Counted from the stretch's first letter, positions 1-9,150 are shown. The stretch: 64,000 nucleotides of DNA from Candidatus Atribacteria bacterium UBA6251 (GCA_002441285.1 DJVR01000045.1:1144-65143), one strand, 5' to 3'. A program made the numbers and translations. Notes: a model not told the origin generated them from the sequence alone.

Positions 1-163
1 ATTTATTTAAGATAGAAACTTCGAAATAAATCAGATAAATAAAGATATAATATAATTTTTATCTAAATATTTTAGCATAAAATTATAGAGAAAAACACCC
101 CCATATAATCCGAAAAAAGTTTTTATACCTCATACTTTGAATTTTAAATAATAATTATGAAAT

Positions 164-958
164 TTAAAAAATACATTTATCTAAAGTTAGAATATAATAA
201 GTCAAAAGTATAAACAATTCTACTATTTCATTTATCGCTCCAATAATATCTCCATTTATTCCGCCTATCTTTTGTTGACTATACCACAATATCAACCAGA
301 CTATTGTTATTGCCATTAAAATAAAATAAAAAAAATAATGATTAAAAGCCAAAAATCCTATTCCTACCATAATAAGGGTGGCCAGGATAAATTCTTTCCA
401 GCTAAGATAGTCCATAAATAATTTACCCATACTATTCTGGGAATGAGCTGGTTTACCCAAGTAAGCAGCCATTACCATGCTCCAACGGCTTATTACCGGT
501 GTAAACAACAAAATAGTCTCCTGAGATAAAGGAAAACTCTCCACTAACAGGATAAATTTTAATAGCAAAAGTGAAAATAATGCCAGTATACCTTTTGCCC
601 CTACTGTACTATCCTGCATAATTTTAAGTATCTCTTCTTTATCTTTTCCACCAGAAAAACCATCAACGCTATCCACGAAACCATCTAAATGTAATCCCCC
701 ACTCATCCAGATCCAGATTACCAGGATTAAGGCGCTACTTAATAGAGGGGGAAAAGTAGCGTAAAAAAAGATTTTCTGGAAGATTACTAAAAAAAATCCT
801 ATACCTAATCCTACCAGAGGGAAAAAAACCATTGAGGATGCAAAATCTTTATTGCTTATCTGTTCTTCTTTATTCGAATCTTTTTTAAACATTAACTTAG
901 TAAGAGGAAAGATGGTTAAAAAACATGTAGCTAAAGAAAAATTTTTAAACAAATTCAT
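164..958 (-). CDS. cobS: adenosylcobinamide-GDP ribazoletransferase (cobalamin synthase)
   Basis: 264-aa polytopic membrane protein with a CobS/CobV-like sequence (N-terminal FLTIFPL, HLDGFVD motif). It is the last gene of the cobC-cobT-cobU-cobS string. Confidence 0.85.
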   Translation of the reverse strand: MNLFKNFSLATCFLTIFPLTKLMFKKDSNKEEQISNKDFASSMVFFPLVGLGIGFFLVIFQKIFFYATFPPLLSSALILVIWIWMSGGLHLDGFVDSVDGFSGGKDKEEILKIMQDSTVGAKGILALFSLLLLKFILLVESFPLSQETILLFTPVISRWSMVMAAYLGKPAHSQNSMGKLFMDYLSWKEFILATLIMVGIGFLAFNHYFFYFILMAITIVWLILWYSQQKIGGINGDIIGAINEIVELFILLTYYILTLDKCIF

Positions 959-965
959 TTATTCA

Positions 966-1517
966 TTATCCTTTTATCTTTAAAGGTATTCCGGAAACCA
1001 GAAAAAAAACTTCATCAGCTTTATCTGCTATTATTTTATTCACCTGTCCTAAAATATCTCGATAGATTCTCCCTAATTTATTTTCAGGAACCAGACCCAT
1101 CCCTACTTCATTGGAAACAATAAGCACCTGAGCAGGTACCTGATAAGCAATCTTTACCATCTTTTTGGTCATAACCAGAATATCCTCTTCCAGTTTAGAT
1201 GATGGTAATTCTTCTTGGTTTTTCAGTAGTAATAGATTAGAAATCAGCAAAGTTAAACATTCAATAATGATTACTCCCTTTCTAAAACCTAAGTAACTGA
1301 TTAACTGGTTTACTTCTTTAGGTTCCTCAAAAAGCTCCCAATTACCCGGTCTTCTTTTTTTGTGCCTCTCAATCCTTTCTTTCATCTCTTCATCCAAAGG
1401 TTGAGCAGTGGCAATATACGCCACATCTTGATTAGAATTTAAGGCTATTTGCTCTGCAAAACTACTCTTCCCGCTTCTTGCTCCTCCAGTAATAAAGATT
1501 AATTTTCCTCTTGGCAT
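966..1517 (-). CDS. cobU: adenosylcobinamide kinase / adenosylcobinamide-phosphate guanylyltransferase
   Basis: 183 aa with the P-loop ITGGARSGKSSFAE typical of CobU/CobP. It lies 7 bp upstream of cobS. Confidence 0.85.
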   Translation of the reverse strand: MPRGKLIFITGGARSGKSSFAEQIALNSNQDVAYIATAQPLDEEMKERIERHKKRRPGNWELFEEPKEVNQLISYLGFRKGVIIIECLTLLISNLLLLKNQEELPSSKLEEDILVMTKKMVKIAYQVPAQVLIVSNEVGMGLVPENKLGRIYRDILGQVNKIIADKADEVFFLVSGIPLKIKG

Positions 1518-1755
1518 AAAATTCCCTCTTCTTTTTAATCTTTCAAAAATCTATTTTTAGTTTTTGAGCACTTTACATTATGCCTCTACATTTGCTTAGA
1601 CAGGAGAGACATCTACCCTCCGGTATGGACAATAGTTTCTGATTTTCTTTACTAACTAACTTTCTAACTATTTTATTATTACCCATAACTTATTATTAAT
1701 CACATTATTTTGATCCGATACTTGACAATATCTATTTGATAGTTTTTCCTATTTA

Positions 1756-2844
1756 CTAATGACTAAGCTTATCTACTCCAGCCTCCGTAAAAGTAGCCAT
1801 CTCTTTTAATACTTTTAAAGCAGCTTCTATTAAATTTACCCCTAGGGTAGCTCCTGTTCCTTCTCCTAAACGTAAGTTGAGATCAAACATCGGTACTTTA
1901 CCCATAAACTTTAAGGCGACTTGGTGCCCCTTCTCTTGAGAATTATGACTGGCTAAGAGGTAATCTCCCACTATAGGAGCTAATTTTAGAGCAATCAAAG
2001 CACTAGCACAAGATATAAAACCATCCATAACTACCGGTACACGATGAGAAGCTGCCGCTAAAATACATCCCGTTAAACCTCCTATTTCAAAACCACCTAA
2101 CCTGGATAAAACATCCAGAGGGTCACCCGGATCAGGCGAATTTACTTTTAGAGCCTTCTTGATTACCCTTATTTTCTTTGCTAATTGCAGGTGATCTATA
2201 CCGGTACCACTACCGGTAACTTCTTCTACTGGAGAGGAAGTAAGACAAGCAACTATAGCACTACTGGCAGTGGTATTGGCAATTCCCATTTCTCCTAAAC
2301 CTAAAATATCAATCTTTTTTTTCTTAAATTCATTTTCAAATACTTCAATACCAGCCAGGATAGATAGCTCAGCTTCTTTTCGACTCATAGCTGGTCCTAG
2401 AGCTATATTCCTGGTTCCTTTGGCAATCTTTTTTATGATTATTCCCTGTTCCAGGGTAGGAAAATCTTGAGCCACTCCCATATCTACCACTATCACTTCT
2501 GCACCTATATGTCGGGCTAAAACATTAATAGCCGCTCCTCCCCGAATAAAATTCTTTACCATCTGAAAGGTCACAATCTGGGGATACGCACTCACTCCCT
2601 CCCCGGCAACTCCGTGGTCTCCCGCCATTACAATGATAGTTTTTCTTTCTATGAAAGGAAAAAGATTACCAGATATTCCCACCACCTGACAGGCAATATC
2701 CTCTAATCTCCCTAAACTCCCCTTTGGTTTAGTAAGCAGATCTAATCTTTCTCTAGCTTTTTTCATCAATTCTAAATCCAGCGGCTGAATACTTTCTATA
2801 GTTTTGGTTATTTTTTCTCGCATCTTTCTTTCTCTGCCCTTCAA
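1756..2844 (-). CDS. cobT: nicotinate-nucleotide--dimethylbenzimidazole phosphoribosyltransferase
   Basis: 362 aa with CobT-family sequence (LTKPKGSLGRLE, GEMGIANTT, GEGTGA). It overlaps the cobC stop by 4 nt. Confidence 0.9.
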   Translation of the reverse strand: MKGRERKMREKITKTIESIQPLDLELMKKARERLDLLTKPKGSLGRLEDIACQVVGISGNLFPFIERKTIIVMAGDHGVAGEGVSAYPQIVTFQMVKNFIRGGAAINVLARHIGAEVIVVDMGVAQDFPTLEQGIIIKKIAKGTRNIALGPAMSRKEAELSILAGIEVFENEFKKKKIDILGLGEMGIANTTASSAIVACLTSSPVEEVTGSGTGIDHLQLAKKIRVIKKALKVNSPDPGDPLDVLSRLGGFEIGGLTGCILAAASHRVPVVMDGFISCASALIALKLAPIVGDYLLASHNSQEKGHQVALKFMGKVPMFDLNLRLGEGTGATLGVNLIEAALKVLKEMATFTEAGVDKLSH

Positions 2845-3503
2845 TCTAAACCTGATTGCTGGCTAATCCACCAATCTTCCAGATGAGTAGTATCATTAAT
2901 TAACCTTACGAAAGCCTGCCCTTCATAATAATTAATTATATTTAAAGCAGTAGAATGCTGTTCAATATTCCACATATACTTTAAGTTAATCTTTAAGGCA
3001 TTACATAAAATAACCCTGATAGTCCCTCCATGCACAACTAAAGCAATAGTTTTATTAATTCTTTTCTGATTATATTTTCCTACCAGCGTATTTAACTCCT
3101 TCATAACCCGCTTATTAAAATTGGATAAACTTTCCCCTTCCGGGAAATGCACCTCTTCCGGGAGATTACTCATCCAAAGTTTAATCTCAGTATTTGCTCC
3201 ATATTTCGCCATAATCTCCTCAAAAGTATACCCTTCCCAGGCTCCAAAGTTTATCTCCCTGAAATTAGAATTAGTAATGATATCAACTTGATGATTTTTG
3301 AAGATGATCTCGGCAGTATGTTGGGATCTTCGTAAATCACTACAATAAACTTCATCTACTGGCAATTTCCTCAAACGAAAGGCAAGTCTTTCTGCCTGTT
3401 TTATCCCCTGGTCAGTTAAATTAACATCCTGAGAACCAGAAAATTGTCGCCTGGCGTTACCTTCACTCTCTCCATGTCGTATCAAAATTAACTTTACCGC
3501 CAT
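2841..3503 (-). CDS. cobC: alpha-ribazole phosphatase (histidine phosphatase family)
   Basis: 220 aa with the N-terminal RHGESEGN catalytic motif of the histidine phosphatase superfamily. It is the first gene after the B12 riboswitch and sits in cob context. Confidence 0.75.
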   Translation of the reverse strand: MAVKLILIRHGESEGNARRQFSGSQDVNLTDQGIKQAERLAFRLRKLPVDEVYCSDLRRSQHTAEIIFKNHQVDIITNSNFREINFGAWEGYTFEEIMAKYGANTEIKLWMSNLPEEVHFPEGESLSNFNKRVMKELNTLVGKYNQKRINKTIALVVHGGTIRVILCNALKINLKYMWNIEQHSTALNIINYYEGQAFVRLINDTTHLEDWWISQQSGLD

Positions 3504-3573
3504 TACTTACGCTTTCTCCTTTTCTTATTGTTTTAAATTTTAAATTATAAAAAAATCAAATATAAAAGAGCAC

Positions 3574-3775
3574 AAAAAATATCAATCTCTTTTTCCACGA
3601 AGAGATGACTCTATCTTTATAAACTGTTAGGTCTCCTGGCTTAGGGGTCATTCTAACAGCTGTGCCTTCCCATCCGTAATTTGCTTTGATTGTCGGACAG
3701 TGGCCTATTACAGCCTTCGTCGCCCATTACAGTAGCGGGACTGCGGTGGATTTTCACCACTCTTCCCTTAATTAG
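3574..3775 (-). promoter_or_regulatory. cobalamin (B12) riboswitch with intrinsic terminator expression platform
   Basis: The minus strand reads AAGGGAAGAGTGGTGAAAATCCACCGCAGTCCCGCTACTGTAA ... AGGCCACTG (B12 box) ... GGGAAGGC ... AGCCAGGAGACC. This is followed by the hairpin ATCTCTT/AAGAGAT (3585-3606) and a U-run, about 70 nt upstream of the cobC start. Confidence 0.9.
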
Positions 3776-4207
3776 TTTATTACAAAAAGAATATTTATTA
3801 TTGGTAAGGCAAAATTATACCTCTTCACCCTTGTAAAGTTTTACTTTTTAGTTTTCAGTCCTAATATAAGCTTAGTATAACTTATCTTATTAACTTTAGT
3901 AAATATTAATATATAAATAATAAACTAAAAAGATCTTAGGAATCCTCTTTTTTGGCTAAAATTAATAAATACATAAAATACCCGAAAAGCAGGATAATAA
4001 ATTTTCAATTTTTAAAAAAATAAAAGCTAAGCTTTAAGCATACTATCTGTCCATACTCCAAAAGGGAATGTCAATCTATTCACTAATTATTTATTGAGCA
4101 TGGATATCTAAAAAAATATAATAAAGATATTTTTTTAATTTATGTTTTTAGTTAATCCTAAATAACACTTTTTTCCTTTGATTAGCTTACCATTACTAAA
4201 TTATTCC

Positions 4208-4873
4208 TTAACACCTCAATAAATGCCCATTCCTTTTTAACCACTCCTGCTGCTTTTGATAATCTGTCATCAACATTTTCACCTTACTCCAAAATGCCTT
4301 CGAATGGTTCTTTTCAACTAAATGAGCCAGTTCATGAACCACTACATAATCAACCACTGGTAAAGGCGCCATAATCAAACGCCAAGAGAAATTTAGATTT
4401 CCCTTACCGGAGCAAGAGCCCCATCTTTTTTGAGCCTGGGTAATCTTAATCTTATTGTATTGAAATCCATTCTTTAGGGCATACCACTGGACTCTTTCGA
4501 ATATCTTTTCATAAGCCCTTTCCTTATACCAATCCATAAAAATTTCTTTAGCCTTGGATGAATACTTTTTGGAAAGATAGAATCCATTTTTAAAATTAAG
4601 AGGTACTTCTTGATAGTCTACTAAGTATAAGCGGTAATATTCTCCTAAATAAAGAAATTCTTCTCCATTAATAAATGTCTTCTTAGAAAAGTGTAAATTT
4701 CTTAACTCTATCTCTCTTTTCTTCTCCTCAATCCAATTTTGATGCCTTAGAATAACTCTATCGATAATTTCATCACTGACCCCCAAAGGTGCCCTTACCA
4801 CTAAAGTAGCATCTTCATTTAGCTGGAGAGAAATAGTCTTTCTCTTGGAACGGATTATTTTTTTAATTGCCAT
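4208..4873 (-). CDS. YgjP-like M48/DUF45 zinc metallopeptidase (orphan copy)
   Basis: 221 aa with an HELAHL zinc motif. It is clearly paralogous to the ygjP-like gene at 37029-37739 (shared NLNFSWRLIMAPLPV.DYV.VHEL.HL). No hsd genes are adjacent. Confidence 0.75.
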   Translation of the reverse strand: MAIKKIIRSKRKTISLQLNEDATLVVRAPLGVSDEIIDRVILRHQNWIEEKKREIELRNLHFSKKTFINGEEFLYLGEYYRLYLVDYQEVPLNFKNGFYLSKKYSSKAKEIFMDWYKERAYEKIFERVQWYALKNGFQYNKIKITQAQKRWGSCSGKGNLNFSWRLIMAPLPVVDYVVVHELAHLVEKNHSKAFWSKVKMLMTDYQKQQEWLKRNGHLLRC

Positions 4874-5057
4874 AATTTTTTCCTGGACTTAAATTTCTTA
4901 AATTACACCTAAATTTCCAATAGCCCTTTCATTTTCCTCCTCACTTAGACCAAAATTGCCTTTCTGCGCTGAATAATTTTTCACAACTTGTAGGAATATG
5001 CACTATCCTTCTATATCTTAAACTGGGAATAGATTGTGGGACAATTTTAGTGACTAA

Positions 5058-5977
5058 GGGGTCAAGTCTTGAAATATCACTTTTTCTCTCCCTCCTCGAT
5101 TCTTTTAATCACTTTGCTCACTGTTGTATAATGCACACCAATATATTCTGCTATTTCTTTTAAGGTATAACCATACCGTAGGCAAGCCTTATACATTGCT
5201 TGGTTTTTTGTCTTCTTGTCTTTGTATTTTAAAATTTCATTTAAGGGCGGTCTGGTTACATAACGCTGCTTTCTGGATATCTCCTTTAAATTTTCTTTAC
5301 CTCTTATTAAGTGTTTTATCTCATCAATAAAATTCTCTTGACCAAGAAACAATTGCCCCTTTATGGCCTTTAAAGGTGATTCTGCTTTTATCCCGGAGAG
5401 TACGAAGGCTTGATATTGTCTAGAGGCTGCTTTTCGCTCTTTGTCAAATTGAGAAAGTATCCAATCTGTGGTTAAACAGGGAATCCCTTTATGGTTGATA
5501 GTTGCCTGATAACTACTCCATCTCCAGTCTCTTGGGTCTTTTACTATTTTTGCCCTTACCGGGTTCAAGACCACATAGCGACAGAGTTCCAGTAAATAGT
5601 TATCTTTATCCACCAGAATCGCTTTGTATCTGCCTTGAAAAAGATGGCCAACTCTTTTATGTCTTTTATTGAATCGTTGGGTATACAGACCATTTAATTG
5701 TCTCATCCCTTTGGATAAGTTACCATAAGGGGTTTCAATAAGCAGATGATAATGGTTGTTCATCAGACAATAGGCATGTAATATAAAGTGATATCTTTTT
5801 ATCACAGAACATAAGACTCTGAGAAAATCAGCAAAGTCCTTCTCGTCAAGAAAGATCGCCTGCCTGGCATTTCCCCTGGAGGAGATGTGATAGAGGGCTC
5901 CATTAAATTCTATCCGTAATGGTCTGGTCATGTTGTCAATATAGCATATACTTTTCTATATTTCAAGACCTGACCCC
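5058..5977. mobile_element. RAYT/IS200-like unit bracketed by a 19-bp inverted repeat
   Basis: GGGGTCAAGTCTTGAAATA (5058-5076) and TATTTCAAGACCTGACCCC (5959-5977) are reverse complements apart from one mismatch. They immediately flank the transposase ORF. Confidence 0.6.
5077..5931 (-). CDS. IS200-like Y1 (HUH) transposase / REP-associated tyrosine transposase with C-terminal HTH
   Basis: 284 aa with the HUH motif NHYHLLI, the downstream Tyr region LCRYVVLNPVRA, and a C-terminal HTH (LKEIAEYIGVHYTTVSKVIKR). Confidence 0.75.
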   Translation of the reverse strand: MTRPLRIEFNGALYHISSRGNARQAIFLDEKDFADFLRVLCSVIKRYHFILHAYCLMNNHYHLLIETPYGNLSKGMRQLNGLYTQRFNKRHKRVGHLFQGRYKAILVDKDNYLLELCRYVVLNPVRAKIVKDPRDWRWSSYQATINHKGIPCLTTDWILSQFDKERKAASRQYQAFVLSGIKAESPLKAIKGQLFLGQENFIDEIKHLIRGKENLKEISRKQRYVTRPPLNEILKYKDKKTKNQAMYKACLRYGYTLKEIAEYIGVHYTTVSKVIKRIEEGEKK

Positions 5978-6098
5978 GTTATTATTTTTAAAAACTTTAT
6001 GGATTCTTTCATCTTTCTTATTCATAGAAACCTCTCTGGACAATACTGTATACACACTATAATAAATGTAAACACTTTTGTCCAGTTTTTATTTTTTA

Positions 6099-6317
6099 TC
6101 ATCTCCCACACTTTTTAATTCTTTCTCTTACCCACTGCCAATCAAGTTTTCCGTAGTTAAAAAATGATTTGAAATTGTCTTTCAACCATTCATAATAATC
6201 ATCTTCAGCATACTTACAGAAAGTCTCTACAAGTGCTTCTTTAGAAATATCTTCAGGTGTTTCCATTTCCTCAAATTCTTCATCTAAGAATTCTCTTACA
6301 ACTTTTTTGTCAAGCAC
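6099..6317 (-). CDS. small strongly acidic hypothetical protein (72 aa)
   Basis: The ORF lies 36 bp downstream of the PD-(D/E)xK gene on the same strand. It is rich in D/E (LDEEFEEMETPEDISKE, AEDDYYE). No family was recognised. Confidence 0.5.
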   Translation of the reverse strand: MLDKKVVREFLDEEFEEMETPEDISKEALVETFCKYAEDDYYEWLKDNFKSFFNYGKLDWQWVRERIKKCGR

Positions 6318-6353
6318 GACACTTCCTCTCCTATTACTGACTAACCTTTCGCA

Positions 6354-7232
6354 CTACAAATATCTTCCACTAATATAATCTATATAATTTCTATGTGTAT
6401 CCCGATATTTCTTTGCTAATTTAATAATTAAATCCTGATAACTCATAGCATGAAAATGAATGCCATCATCTTTAGTTATCCTAATAAATTCCTCTATTTC
6501 CTTATGGTGTTTTGCACTCTCTGGTCCAATCGTATCATACCAAAGATAAAGAAGTCGGAATTTATTCTTACCAAACTTTTCTTTCAATCCTAAAATGTGT
6601 TTTACTAATTGGGCTGGGTGTAAATGGGTAAATATATTATCATCGGGGCTTATTGTTCTTGCAAACTTTAATAAATTTTGTATATCATCCCACACTTTAT
6701 CTAATTCAATATATTTGGTAGAAATCCCAGAATGTGTTCTTGAATAATAAGCTTCTGAAAATTTACATTCTATTGCGAAAACTTTAAATCTTGATTCCGG
6801 AAAATTATTAATAACAACATCAATATTCGGACTACGTAAAAATTTTTCATTTATCGAATACTTAGCTTCAAAATTGATATCCCGAGAGGAAGTATCGCCT
6901 GCATTACAAAATCCACATGCAGTAGCTATAGCAGGAACTTGATTTATCTTTTTCCAGTATTGGAAAATATTCACACCCAATGCGGATGAAGAGTGAACTG
7001 CCTGCATCTTGCAAGGATTTCCGCTTAATTCCCCTCCATCAGCTTTTTCTAAATTCTTTAGTACTGCACTCATTAAAGGTTCAAATAGATTATCATCTAA
7101 CTTTTTAGTATATACTTTACGGCCACGGTTACCCTTACTCCCGATAAGCCCTATATTATTGCGATACGCCCATTGGATTTGCTTGGATATAATATATTCA
7201 TTTGCTTTCATAATTATTCTCCATTGTTTCAA
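6354..7232 (-). CDS. PD-(D/E)xK-type nuclease-like protein
   Basis: 292-aa ORF whose likely start is the MKANEY Met at 7211. It carries an E...PNIDVV...FAIECKFSE pattern that fits the E-PD-ExK nuclease core. Otherwise it is unrecognised. Confidence 0.5.
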   Translation of the reverse strand: MKQWRIIMKANEYIISKQIQWAYRNNIGLIGSKGNRGRKVYTKKLDDNLFEPLMSAVLKNLEKADGGELSGNPCKMQAVHSSSALGVNIFQYWKKINQVPAIATACGFCNAGDTSSRDINFEAKYSINEKFLRSPNIDVVINNFPESRFKVFAIECKFSEAYYSRTHSGISTKYIELDKVWDDIQNLLKFARTISPDDNIFTHLHPAQLVKHILGLKEKFGKNKFRLLYLWYDTIGPESAKHHKEIEEFIRITKDDGIHFHAMSYQDLIIKLAKKYRDTHRNYIDYISGRYL

Positions 7233-7278
7233 CTTATATTATCAATTATTATTAATAAAATCGTTGCCCTGTGACATC

Positions 7279-8010
7279 TTATAAATCTATCGTAATAACT
7301 ACAGGGTTATGGTCACTGTATTTTCGGACTTTATCATTATCTACAACTTCGCAATTTATTAATTTTTTTGAGATTGATTTACTAACAAAAAAGTAATCAT
7401 TTTGCCATTTTACTTTGCTTTTATGGTGTCTGAGGGTTTGAACAGGAAATTTTTTATTTGATAATTTGAAACAATCATTCAAATTGAAATCTTCTAGCCT
7501 ATCAAAAAATATCTTGTGAGAATCATTCTTTTGTATTGGGTCTAATTGTACGCTGGCATTTAAATCTCCACCCAAAACGATATTCCTTTTACCGTCTAGA
7601 TGACCATTAAATATACAGGTTAAATCTGAAAGCATTCTATGAAGATTTGTTATAGAATAACCTTTTGTAGGACCATTACTTTCCATGAGACCATACAATG
7701 AGATAAAGGTTAATTTTTTACCCTCTATGTTAGTATTGGCGATTGAAAAAGCACCTTTGAATTCTGTTTTTATAATTTCTTCAGTCAGTTTATGTTTTTT
7801 ACTATATACGCCTGAACCCCAAGGACGATTACTACCAATCTCATTCCAAACAAGATGTTCTTTATCATCTTCGATTACCTTTGAAGGTCTAGCTTCTTGA
7901 AAAAAGATAATATCTGCGTCGATTTCTTTGAGATAATAATCCCATACTTCTTCAAAATATTTTTTATATTGCCAATAAGCCATATTCCAGGTTGCAATTC
8001 TTATTTTCAT
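7279..8010 (-). CDS. endonuclease/exonuclease/phosphatase (EEP, ExoIII-fold) family nuclease
   Basis: 243 aa with the catalytic set IATWN, IIFFQE, GGDLNA and a C-terminal SDHNPVVITIDL. Confidence 0.8.
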   Translation of the reverse strand: MKIRIATWNMAYWQYKKYFEEVWDYYLKEIDADIIFFQEARPSKVIEDDKEHLVWNEIGSNRPWGSGVYSKKHKLTEEIIKTEFKGAFSIANTNIEGKKLTFISLYGLMESNGPTKGYSITNLHRMLSDLTCIFNGHLDGKRNIVLGGDLNASVQLDPIQKNDSHKIFFDRLEDFNLNDCFKLSNKKFPVQTLRHHKSKVKWQNDYFFVSKSISKKLINCEVVDNDKVRKYSDHNPVVITIDL

Positions 8011-8049
8011 AATATATCTCCGGTGATGTTTAAAGAAAACGGGATGTTC

Positions 8050-8991
8050 CTATTTATTTAGGGAACTGTTGTCCTTTGTCACATTCTTAGCCGAAGCAAT
8101 ATTTCTAATCTCAATTTCATCTAAACAATTTTCTAGTAATATATCAAGTGAATGAAATCCTAAGAACCATAGCCCTGCCGCAAATTTTAATGGATCTATG
8201 TCAGTATCCTTACACTTCTCGATAAGATATTGCTTAATTTCTTCGATACCCTTATCATTGCAACCTAATTTATGAGCTATTTTACTTACCCAAGTATCCA
8301 CCGGGAATGCCCACTCGTAATCTTTATTTACTATTCCCGAGTTTATTAATCCAACATCCCTAATGGTGAAAGTCGCAATTTTATCTGAAATGGCTCTCAT
8401 TTTCGTTAGTTCTTCATATGCAGTTTTCACCCCAGAATTGACTATTGTATTTCTTATGAAATTGTAAATATTTTTATTATCATCTGAAACAAACTTCAAA
8501 ACATCTAAAACCATCATTACGTCCTCATCATTACCTAAGAAAATCTTCTTATTGTAAGTTTCATTGCCCCATTTTACTTCAATTTTTTCTGGAGTAATTA
8601 AGAGTTTTATAATTGGATTTTCTTCTGCTATCTCGTTCCTGAAATCTCTATGCTTAATGCTGTTTCCTCTGCCAATTTTTTTCTCTCTTTTGAATTTCAA
8701 AATACACTTTTTGTTAAAATACTTCTTCTGTTCTTTGATTTTCTCATAATCTCTATCCAAACTTTGGTTAGAGATAGAAAAATAATCTTCTAAGGTTTTA
8801 ATAGTAAAATAATAGTATTCGCTAGATAATTTATCTCGCCTTCCCCTCATAAACGAATGACTAAAAAAGAATTTTAGTGCTTCCCACCAGTTTTCCCGTA
8901 AGTTTTCTTTGTTCCAAAAATCAAGATATTTTCTACAATATCCTTCACCAAGCCATTCAATATTCCTTATGGTTTTATTGTAATTTTTCAT
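8050..8991 (-). CDS. HhH-GPD superfamily (Ogg2/AGOG-like) DNA glycosylase-like protein with novel N-terminal region
   Basis: 313 aa. The C-terminal half shows an HhH-like MRAISDKIATFTIRDVGL, an Asp loop FPVDTWVSKIAHKLG and AAGLWFLGFH, which resemble archaeal Ogg2-type N-glycosylase/DNA lyases. The N-terminal ~190 aa are unrecognised. Confidence 0.45.
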   Translation of the reverse strand: MKNYNKTIRNIEWLGEGYCRKYLDFWNKENLRENWWEALKFFFSHSFMRGRRDKLSSEYYYFTIKTLEDYFSISNQSLDRDYEKIKEQKKYFNKKCILKFKREKKIGRGNSIKHRDFRNEIAEENPIIKLLITPEKIEVKWGNETYNKKIFLGNDEDVMMVLDVLKFVSDDNKNIYNFIRNTIVNSGVKTAYEELTKMRAISDKIATFTIRDVGLINSGIVNKDYEWAFPVDTWVSKIAHKLGCNDKGIEEIKQYLIEKCKDTDIDPLKFAAGLWFLGFHSLDILLENCLDEIEIRNIASAKNVTKDNSSLNK

Positions 8992-9026
8992 ATTCTAAAT
9001 ACCTGCGTATTATTTTGGCAAACTTG

Positions 9027-9150
9027 ATAGAAAATAGGGGCAACACATCCTATTTTTTCTATAATACCTAAAGTTTCAATCATCTAATTAAGAAACTTCT
9101 CAGATCCTATAAGTTTTCCGCCAAAAGTGGCCGAACTCTTGACTTGGTAC
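9027..9150. repeat. direct repeat copy 1 (hairpin plus decayed gene-3'-end remnant)
   Basis: Hairpin ATAGAAAATAGG...CCTATTTTTTCTAT, then ACCTAAAGTTTCAATCATCTAATTAAGAAACTTCTCAGATCCTATAAGTTTTCC. This aligns with 10352-10535 at roughly three quarters identity by eye, with a ~55-bp deletion relative to copy 2. Confidence 0.6.

Noticed and set aside
3829-3845. A shared CCTTGTAAAGTTT motif at 3829 and 57815 as a common regulatory element
   Set aside because: At 57819 it forms a good -35/-10 pair for tRNA-Sec. At 3829 neither strand gives a properly spaced -10. I treat it as a chance resemblance of promoter-like AT-rich sequence.
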